The position numbers were made by a program, and so were the translations under genes. A model generated the notes under the pieces. That model was given only the letters and a program-made list of their open reading frames with translations, was not told the origin of the DNA and ran no database searches. A DNA stretch of 14,589 nucleotides from Bdellovibrionota bacterium (lineage in GTDB: Bacteria > Bdellovibrionota_C > UBA2361 > JBIKUX01): positions 1 through 14,589 of the forward strand of contig JBIKUX010000041.1 in NCBI GenBank assembly GCA_044347345.1. Direction: 5' to 3'. This document shows positions 7,878-14,589 of this stretch, in pieces; position 1 is the first letter of the stretch; each line of letters starts with the position of its first letter.

Positions 7878-9362
7878 ATGACAACAATTACCGCAGAGTC
7901 ATTGGTTGGTCGACTTCGTGATGCTCTAAAAACTACAGGAGATTTTCCGGTAAGCGCTCGAATAGTCAGCGAAGTATCTGCACTATCAAAAAATCCAAAT
8001 GTAACTGCAGAAAAAATAAGCTCTGTAATTTTAAAAGATCCAACTCTCGGTATGCGTTTGCTATCAGTGGTAAATAGTTCGTACTATCAGAGGGGACGTC
8101 CAATATTGACGGTTTCTCAAGCTATTGTGCACATAGGACTAAATCAACTTGCTGATATCTGTGCGAACCTCATACTACTTCAAAGCTTTGTTCCAACAGC
8201 TCGTCAAGGAGGCGTATTTGCAAATTCACTTAGACGAGCCATTCTAACCTCAGTACTTACCGAACTTATCTCAATTCAGTTAGCCGCTAAAGAATCTGCA
8301 TACGGTACCCCTCGCTCAGAAACAGGGTACCTTCTCGGCTTTTTTACTGAATTAGGAGCAATGCTCCTGGCATTTTATTATCCACAGATATATCAAACTG
8401 CCCTAAATAGATCTAAATCACGCACCATAGACATAAACAAAAGTATCCACCAACTCATAGGTATAACCCCTATACTTATATCATCTGGCATTATTCGCGC
8501 CCTTGAATTACCGCCATTCTATGCGGAAGCGTTACTCTTAGTTAACGAACAAAGACACGATCCCACAACTATTTCAAGATTACACGGCGAGTTAAAAAAT
8601 GCTGTTACCTCAATATTCATCTCTGATTCAATTGCCGGACTAATAATTACTGAAAGGAGAAAACGTGATCTCGACCGAGCAATAATCGAAACCTGCGAAA
8701 CTGCTGACGTTTCTCCGAGTGTCCTTTCACCAGTGCTAAGTCAACTACCAGTAGCATTTGACGAGTATTGTAAAATGCTAGATCTTAACTTTGCGCCACT
8801 ACCAAACCATCTTGACTCATTTAATCACAGTAGCCTTGATAATCTTGACTCTCTATCATCAGGTGAGGCCGAGACAATCTCAGATTTAATCGATGAGCTT
8901 AATTCCCTCGTTGAAGCTGGAGAGTCTGTTACCTCAATTATGACTGCTGCGATGGAGGCACTGGCATGGGGCTTTGGATTTGACCGAGTTATACTCATGA
9001 TTCATGATACAAGCTCAAGCCAACTCAATGGTCACATGAGCCTTGGAGACCTTGCAGGGATTGATGTTCAAGCCATGCGAAAAACTGTTCCGGCTACTTT
9101 CAATGACAAAGAAAGATATGATGTTGACATTCTAGCCGCCAAAACTCTTATGCCGGTATTTCAGGGGGATCCTTTATTGCCAGAAGGATGGCCAATTGTT
9201 GCAATTCCTATTGGTACTCAAGACAAACTAATTGGAGTTATTTATGCCGACAAATTTAACTCCACCGAAACAGAATTATCAATCCAACAACAGGCTGGAA
9301 TCACAATGCTTGCGTCAATTCTAATTCAAGCAGCAACCATTCAAGACAGGTCACGAAAATAA
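7878..9362 (+). CDS. HDOD-domain signalling protein with C-terminal GAF-like domain
   Basis: HDOD signature GDFP...ILKDPTLGMRLLSVVNSSYY...ILTVSQAIVHIG. The usual GLLHDIG segment appears as GFFTELG. C-terminal GFDRV...IPIG...IGVIYAD is GAF-like. Starts 4 nt after the kinase stop. Confidence 0.85.
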   Translation: MTTITAESLVGRLRDALKTTGDFPVSARIVSEVSALSKNPNVTAEKISSVILKDPTLGMRLLSVVNSSYYQRGRPILTVSQAIVHIGLNQLADICANLILLQSFVPTARQGGVFANSLRRAILTSVLTELISIQLAAKESAYGTPRSETGYLLGFFTELGAMLLAFYYPQIYQTALNRSKSRTIDINKSIHQLIGITPILISSGIIRALELPPFYAEALLLVNEQRHDPTTISRLHGELKNAVTSIFISDSIAGLIITERRKRDLDRAIIETCETADVSPSVLSPVLSQLPVAFDEYCKMLDLNFAPLPNHLDSFNHSSLDNLDSLSSGEAETISDLIDELNSLVEAGESVTSIMTAAMEALAWGFGFDRVILMIHDTSSSQLNGHMSLGDLAGIDVQAMRKTVPATFNDKERYDVDILAAKTLMPVFQGDPLLPEGWPIVAIPIGTQDKLIGVIYADKFNSTETELSIQQQAGITMLASILIQAATIQDRSRK

Positions 9363-9418
9363 AAAAGTAAAGACATGCTTGTATAGTTGGTCGGAGAGCT
9401 AGTTTAGTTCATAGTATT

Positions 9419-10051
9419 ATGATGAATGATTGGCTATATCTCATCGACGGTAACTACATTTATATCGCCTTAGCCTTTATGCTAGTGGGAGGTGCATTTG
9501 GATTACCAATTCCTGAAGATTTGCCGTTAGTATTCGGCGGCTTTTTACTTCATCATAACCGAGCTCAATTAGGTCTTCTTTTTTTTAGCTGTTACATTGC
9601 TATTCTTATCGGTGACCTAATCATTTTCGGTATTGGATATAAATTCGGCTTTTCTCTATTTCAGACAAAATATTTAAAGCACAAAGTACCACCTGAAAGA
9701 ATCAAACGGATTAATGCTCGGCTTGAAAAGCATGCTGTTACCATGATTTTTTTAGCTAGGCATCTATTTTATCTCCGCACAGCGACGCTACTGGCTTGCG
9801 GAGCTTTCCGTATGAGCATCTTACGTTTTGCTATCATAGATGCTTTTGCAGCACTCTTTAGCACTTCTTTTATGATTGGGATTGGATATCTTGCCGCAGA
9901 ACATCTTCTTCAATTATTTGTGTTTCTTGAGGGCTTAAGAAACGCCTCACTAATAATTGCACTAGGACTAGCTATAGCAATTGGAGTGATTTTTTATCGT
10001 AAAAAACGCACACTTCAGGCGAATACACTGGAGATTATACCACCAGAATAA
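9419..10051 (+). CDS. dedA: DedA/VTT family membrane protein
   Basis: Motifs GLPIPED, IGDLIIFGIG and IFLARH...LR, with several hydrophobic segments and a basic stop-transfer RKKR near the C-terminus. Confidence 0.9.
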   Translation: MMNDWLYLIDGNYIYIALAFMLVGGAFGLPIPEDLPLVFGGFLLHHNRAQLGLLFFSCYIAILIGDLIIFGIGYKFGFSLFQTKYLKHKVPPERIKRINARLEKHAVTMIFLARHLFYLRTATLLACGAFRMSILRFAIIDAFAALFSTSFMIGIGYLAAEHLLQLFVFLEGLRNASLIIALGLAIAIGVIFYRKKRTLQANTLEIIPPE

Positions 10052-10062
10052 CTTTTGCTTAA

Positions 10063-10464
10063 CTAATGCAGTATTTCTTGGGCTTCTTTTAAAAGTAAGG
10101 TTCTTAGTGCCATTCCCAGTGCACTTCGAAGATTCTCTCCGTGGGTCTCTATCTTTGTACCAGAAGCCTGAATTACAGTTTTATATTGCATTGTAGAGCT
10201 TGATAGCTCGAGCCCAGCATGAAAAAGGATAGCCTGACGCGCCTCTACCTGTAGAACAATCTGTTCAAAAGTCGGCAACCAAACAAAAATAGTACGAAGC
10301 TCAGGTGGGGTGAGACCCTGAGGGTCTACTAGTATCGACACCATGTTTTTCTGCTCCCTATATGCAACCTCATCCCCTATTTCAGGCTGCCATACAAGAC
10401 CAGCTAACTCTAAATCTTCTGCTATAGTAACGAATGTTTCGCCCACCATGACCCTTATACCCAT
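10063..10464 (-). CDS. Hypothetical soluble protein (133 aa; alternative ATG at 10449)
   Basis: Fills the gap without overlapping other genes and is convergent on dedA. Composition is protein-like, with motif-like segments LAGLVWQPEIGD and VWLPTFEQ. Confidence 0.75.
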   Translation of the reverse strand: MGIRVMVGETFVTIAEDLELAGLVWQPEIGDEVAYREQKNMVSILVDPQGLTPPELRTIFVWLPTFEQIVLQVEARQAILFHAGLELSSSTMQYKTVIQASGTKIETHGENLRSALGMALRTLLLKEAQEILH

Positions 10465-10637
10465 GGGAGTATTCTTGGCTTAAAAAATAGGTCGGCTCAA
10501 ATAAAAATTAACTTTACTACTTTTTTTCCCAAGATTAACTACTCCTAGCCCTCTCTAATTTGATGACTCGGATGTAATTCTAGAACTTTGCATTGAAAGA
10601 GCATTCTAACAAACTTTAAAATTTGTATTTTATAAAG

Positions 10638-11012
10638 CTATTTTTCAGATGCATTAGCAGATTTATTTTCTTTCCTGAGATCAGCTGAATCATTTGGTTT
10701 AAAATCTTCTGAATTTGTCCCAGTAGTACTACTAATGACAGAGTTATTTGAAGCGGTAGTATCTGCTCCACTGGAGGATGGATTATCTTGAGGTGCCACA
10801 TAAAACAGTAAGCAAACTGCAACTGCACATAATAATAACAAAGCGATAATTAACTTATAAGCTACGATCAGCATGATACCGCTTAAAACACCCGCAATAA
10901 GTGCTAGTTCTCCATGTTCTTGCACCCATATTCTACAGTTGATTAGAAAATCTCTCATCCACTTACGAAGCTGAGATCGATTCATAGCTTGTAGCTCATC
11001 AAGCAAAGTCAT
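10638..11012 (-). CDS. Hypothetical membrane protein (124 aa) with a long hydrophobic hairpin and a Ser/Asn/Thr-rich tail
   Basis: The track uses TTG at 11027, but the ATG at 11012 has GGGGAG 7 nt upstream. Hydrophobic stretch LALIAGVLSGIMLIVAYKLIIALLLLCAVAVCLLFYVA. Confidence 0.75.
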   Translation of the reverse strand: MTLLDELQAMNRSQLRKWMRDFLINCRIWVQEHGELALIAGVLSGIMLIVAYKLIIALLLLCAVAVCLLFYVAPQDNPSSSGADTTASNNSVISSTTGTNSEDFKPNDSADLRKENKSANASEK

Positions 11013-11019
11013 ATTAGTT

Positions 11020-11025
11020 CTCCCC
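11020..11025 (-). promoter_or_regulatory. Shine-Dalgarno-like site for the 11012 start
   Basis: The minus strand reads GGGGAG-AACTAAT-ATG. Confidence 0.6.
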
Positions 11026-11137
11026 AAATATTGTAGTCATGAAAGATAATAATGTAGCTTCACTCTTTCACACATTTTTATTTCGAAAAAAGTTACCTCT
11101 AGATTTATAAAGCCACATCTATTCGAAACTGACCTTC

Positions 11138-13042
11138 ATGCTCTATACTAAAGACATCATGACCTATCATTTCTTGTCTTCCCTAGATGCACAACCAAAC
11201 CTTGCGGCAGCTTTTCTTGCAACAGTCGATCTTGCTCCAAATTCTGTATGCTATATTTTTCCTACCTATCAAACCTCAGAAGTAAAAGATCCAATCTCTT
11301 CAGTTTCTGCCAACCAAGTCACTTGGATATCACGTAGCCGCTCTGAAGTTAAAGAAAGAGTTTTTACCATCAGTCACGGACTCAAAAAATTAGGAGTAAA
11401 TCAAGGCGCTAAAGTTGCCATTCTAAGTAATACTCGTCCTGAATGGTGCGAATTTGACTTAGCTATCCAATGTCTTGGAGCAGTAACTGTTTCACTCTAT
11501 CCATCACTTCAAATAAAAGAAATAACTTTCATCCTTTCAGACGCTCAAGTAGGTTGGGTCATAGTTGAGAATCAGGAACAGCTTAATAAGGTGCAAGAGG
11601 CTTATAAAAATTCTGCGGGGGAAACACCTTCAGTAATAACTATTGAATCAGTTGTATCTACAATGCCAGTTATTACCTTAGATTCACTCCTAAATAGTAG
11701 CAATTGCAATAATACATCATCATCCCCTTCATATCTATCTTCTTCGCTGGAATCTCCGCAAACAACGAGAGCAGACCTTGCCTCAATTGTATACACGTCA
11801 GGAACTACCGGTATCCCCAAAGGGGTGATGCAAAGTCACGGAAATCATTTAAGCAATGTTCGTCAAGCTGTCCAATCTGGAATCTGCACCGCTAATGATA
11901 ATATCTTTTTATTTTTACCCCTAGCTCACTCCTTTGCTAGACTTATGCATTATATAGGTACATCAACTCTAGCCCCTCTCTCTTTTCCATCAGTCACAGA
12001 TCATCAGAAGTCAGTACTTAACCTGTCAATAATAGCAAAGGAGCTCCAAGCTGCTAACCCGGTATTTGTTCCTGCAGTACCGCGTCTTTTTGAAAAAATT
12101 AGAGAATCTATCCTCACTCGCGCTAATGAGCGAACAATCAAAGGTCTACTTCTTAAAAAAAGTCTACAAGCAGCATCTGAACACTTAACAGCTAAAGAAC
12201 AGGGCAAAGCCCCTACATTAATTAATGAGATTTGGTATCAAGGAACCCGACCTATTAGAGCATCGATACAACGCATGCTTTTTGGTAAGGAATTTCGTCA
12301 TGCTATTTCAGGTGGTGCTAAGCTATCTGTTGATGTTCTCAGATTCTTTGAAGCTCTAGACATTCTAATACTCGAAGGATATGGCCTTACAGAAACTTGC
12401 GTGGCTACTCATGTAAATTTACCAAATAGGAGACGGATTGGCACCGTAGGGCCACCACTGCCCGATGTAGATACCAAGATAGGACCCGATAATGAGGTTT
12501 GGATACGTGGCCCCAATATTGCCTTAGGATACTATAATCGCGAAGAAGAAACTAAAAAAGTTTGGGATGCAGATGGATGGTTTCATACAGGAGATACAGG
12601 TAAAATAGATGATGATGGATTTCTCATAATCACTGGTAGACTTAAAGAAATTATTGTTACCGCTGGTGGAAAAAAAATAGCTCCGGCAATGCTCGAGACT
12701 CACTTCAAAAGATGCCCGTATATTTCACAACTTGTACCTTTTGGTGATGAAAAACCATATTTAGTTGCTCTCGTCACCGTAAACAAAGAACTATTAATGA
12801 GCGAGGCACCGCACATACTTTCATCATTTACCGCACCACAAATCACAGGAGAATTACATTCATTTTTACTTACCCACCTTGAACCTTTAAACAAAGAATT
12901 AGCATCGTTTGAACAAATTAAGCGATGGGCAATCCTAAATGAGGATTTTACAACAGAAAATGATCTACTTACTCCTACTCAAAAACCAAAACGCTTGATG
13001 ATTGAAGCTAGATGGAAAACACTTATCGACTCGCTTTACTAG
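11138..13042 (+). CDS. fadD: Long-chain fatty acid-CoA ligase (AMP-dependent synthetase, ACSL/FadD15-like); start may be 11159
   Basis: AMP-binding motifs YTSGTTGIPKGV, LPLAHSF, VPRLFEK, SGGA, EGYGLTET, GWFHTGD.G, ITGRLKEIIVTAGGKKIAP and LLTPTQKPKR. Confidence 0.93.
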   Translation: MLYTKDIMTYHFLSSLDAQPNLAAAFLATVDLAPNSVCYIFPTYQTSEVKDPISSVSANQVTWISRSRSEVKERVFTISHGLKKLGVNQGAKVAILSNTRPEWCEFDLAIQCLGAVTVSLYPSLQIKEITFILSDAQVGWVIVENQEQLNKVQEAYKNSAGETPSVITIESVVSTMPVITLDSLLNSSNCNNTSSSPSYLSSSLESPQTTRADLASIVYTSGTTGIPKGVMQSHGNHLSNVRQAVQSGICTANDNIFLFLPLAHSFARLMHYIGTSTLAPLSFPSVTDHQKSVLNLSIIAKELQAANPVFVPAVPRLFEKIRESILTRANERTIKGLLLKKSLQAASEHLTAKEQGKAPTLINEIWYQGTRPIRASIQRMLFGKEFRHAISGGAKLSVDVLRFFEALDILILEGYGLTETCVATHVNLPNRRRIGTVGPPLPDVDTKIGPDNEVWIRGPNIALGYYNREEETKKVWDADGWFHTGDTGKIDDDGFLIITGRLKEIIVTAGGKKIAPAMLETHFKRCPYISQLVPFGDEKPYLVALVTVNKELLMSEAPHILSSFTAPQITGELHSFLLTHLEPLNKELASFEQIKRWAILNEDFTTENDLLTPTQKPKRLMIEARWKTLIDSLY

Positions 13043-13071
13043 ATGATTTATCGCAGCCTCTAACTCTCCAC

Positions 13072-13866
13072 TTACCAATATTTTTCAAGATGAAGATTAC
13101 CTGTGGGATTTTTCTTTGAATAAACTGAAAATCCGAGTGGTTCAAGATAATTTTGTGCATCTTCAATCATTGCTGGATTACCGCAAAGAAGTACATGATC
13201 AGAACTAGGGTTTAAGGTAAGTAGCTGTCTTTCAAAAACAGTAAGTACTCTTCCCTTAATAGTACCACCTGAATAAGGAGTTTCACGAGAGACTACAGGA
13301 AAGTATCTCAATTTCCCTGATGATTCTTCTAACTTCATTAATTCATCACGATATGCAAGATCTTTTTCAAAACGCACCCCATGAATAAGTGCAAAAGACC
13401 GTTGTGGATGCCAGCTAGACTTTGTGCGAAGCATTGACATAAATGGAGCAAGACCAGTGCCGGTAGCTACCATTACTATAGTAGCAGAGTTATCCTCTGG
13501 AATATTTTTCAAGGTAAAGGTACCTGTTATCTTTGGAGAAACAAATAAACGATCTCCCCGCTGTAAGTTAGCAAGTCGTGGAGTAAGACCTCCATCTGGT
13601 ACAAGCGCAATATATAGTTCTAAATACTCCTTATGTTCTGGCGAGGAGCCTATTGAATAGGCTCGCTTAATGAGCTTTATATCTTCATGCACCTCCTTCT
13701 CTTGCAAAGCAGATGAACACCGTGGAGCATTCCCCTGTAGACCAATTGCTACATATTGCCCAGGGGTAAAATTACTAATTGAATCGTCAGGAGAAACATG
13801 TAAAAAAAATAGCTCAGAAGTAACCTCATATCGACCTACGACTGTAGCGTTATATTGACTGCTCAT
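13072..13866 (-). CDS. fpr: Ferredoxin/flavodoxin-NADP+ reductase (bacterial type, C-terminal YW)
   Basis: Motifs FTPGQY, KRAYSIGS (FAD-binding RxYS), GGLTPRL, ATGTGLAPF, HGVR, VSRE, LCGNPAMI and terminal EKYW. Confidence 0.95.
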   Translation of the reverse strand: MSSQYNATVVGRYEVTSELFFLHVSPDDSISNFTPGQYVAIGLQGNAPRCSSALQEKEVHEDIKLIKRAYSIGSSPEHKEYLELYIALVPDGGLTPRLANLQRGDRLFVSPKITGTFTLKNIPEDNSATIVMVATGTGLAPFMSMLRTKSSWHPQRSFALIHGVRFEKDLAYRDELMKLEESSGKLRYFPVVSRETPYSGGTIKGRVLTVFERQLLTLNPSSDHVLLCGNPAMIEDAQNYLEPLGFSVYSKKNPTGNLHLEKYW

Positions 13867-13931
13867 AATGCTCTACTTTAAGTCCAAAACTAAACCAACT
13901 TATAAAAATTTATACATAGATAGATATATAT

Positions 13932-14435
13932 ATGGAAGTAGTACTAGTTAATCCTGAAATACCACAAAATACAGGATCGATAGCCCGAACATGCGCCGCG
14001 ACACGTACGCCTCTCCATCTCATTAAACCCATGAAGTTTACCATCTGCGAAAAACGCGTTAAACGGGCGGGGTTAGATTATTGGCCATTCGTTTCATTAA
14101 CAGAGCACGATTCATGGGAATCATATCTAGCTAGCCGTACTAATGCCAGTAAGGGTAAAATTTGGTTTCTCATGAAAAGTGGAAAAATCCCTTACTATCA
14201 AGCAGACTTCTCTATTTATGACGCCTTAGTATTTGGTAATGAAAGCTCGGGTCTACCCAAAGAACTTGCTGCTCAAACTCCCGAAGAACATCGCTTGGCT
14301 ATCCCAATGGCAGAGAGCGCAGTAAGAAGCTTAAACTTAAGTAACGCAGTCTCAATAGTTTTATACGAAGCTAGGAGACAGTTACATCTCGATGAACCCT
14401 TCGAGCCAAGAAATACTGACCAATTAAATAGCTGA
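13932..14435 (+). CDS. trmL: tRNA (cytidine/uridine(34)-2'-O)-methyltransferase TrmL (SPOUT family)
   Basis: Motifs PEIPQNTGSIARTCAA, LHLIKP, KRAGLDYW, VFGNESSGL and IPM...RSLNLSNAVSIVLYEARRQ. Confidence 0.96.
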   Translation: MEVVLVNPEIPQNTGSIARTCAATRTPLHLIKPMKFTICEKRVKRAGLDYWPFVSLTEHDSWESYLASRTNASKGKIWFLMKSGKIPYYQADFSIYDALVFGNESSGLPKELAAQTPEEHRLAIPMAESAVRSLNLSNAVSIVLYEARRQLHLDEPFEPRNTDQLNS

Positions 14436-14457
14436 CTAAAAAGATTTTTAATATGAA

Positions 14458-14589
14458 CTAGGAAAAGGAATTTTCCTGACTTGCTAGTACACGTGCAGCA
14501 GCATGAACTACAGCACCTATCCTTATTGCCGCCAAGACAGCTTCATTTGACATTCCTTTCGATCTTAATAGAGCAAGATGCGATTCTAT
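14458..14589 (-). CDS. ahpD: 3' end of a probable alkyl hydroperoxide reductase AhpD (carboxymuconolactone decarboxylase family); partial, not in the ORF track
   Basis: My translation of the minus strand from the window edge is IESHLALLRSKGMSNEAVLAAIRIGAVVHAAARVLASQENSFS*. This fits the AhpD C-terminal pattern (CxxC)-x-x-SH-x-x-x-L-R-x-x-G-x-S-x-E-x-I/V-x-A-A-x-R-I-x-A-V-x-H-A. The CxxC itself would lie just outside the window. Confidence 0.75.
   Translation of the reverse strand: MESHLALLRSKGMSNEAVLAAIRIGAVVHAAARVLASQENSFS

Noticed and set aside
10616..10828. 70-aa minus-strand ORF
   Set aside because: Alternative-frame overlap of the better-supported 10638-11012 gene.
13043..13071. Bidirectional terminator between convergent fadD and fpr (also checked 10052-10062 and 14436-14457)
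   Set aside because: No convincing GC-rich hairpin with U-tracts is visible in these short gaps.
1537..13858. Antisense and alternative-frame ORFs in the track (1537-1728, 3553-3759, 4066-4398, 6156-6380, 6718-6918, 7480-7806, 11602-11820, 12004-12207, 12700-12894, 13424-13660, 13670-13858)
   Set aside because: All overlap well-supported genes and lack recognisable motifs, as expected for shadow ORFs.
13917..13933. TAGA/AT short repeats before the trmL start as a phase-variable tract
   Set aside because: Too short (about five AT units) in AT-rich DNA, and in front of a housekeeping gene.

Overview
AT-rich bacterial chromosomal segment (roughly 35-40% GC by eye from sampled lines), densely packed with mostly metabolic and signalling genes. 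I found no mobile element, CRISPR array, rRNA or tRNA. Gene order: (1) a 5'-truncated, probably extracellular protein with a long Pro/Thr stalk and seven Asp-box (BNR) repeats, longer than the ORF track shows; (2) an EntD/Sfp-type phosphopantetheinyl transferase; (3-4) a PutA-type proline catabolic enzyme present as two ORFs, proline dehydrogenase and P5C/GSA dehydrogenase; (5) a cytoplasmic GAF-HisKA-HATPase-REC hybrid kinase; (6) an HDOD-GAF protein; (7) a DedA membrane protein; (8-9) two minus-strand hypothetical proteins; (10) a long-chain fatty acid-CoA ligase; (11) ferredoxin-NADP+ reductase; (12) TrmL; (13) the 3' end of a probable ahpD that the ORF track missed. The most notable observations are the split PutA, whose halves both keep bifunctional-PutA hallmarks, a near-identical ~20-nt motif directly before the start codons of the PPTase and kinase genes, and the hybrid kinase/HDOD-GAF pair with a His-rich sensor segment. 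Family assignments come from motifs recognised by eye, not from database searches. I cannot support a claim of a clearly new multi-gene system.
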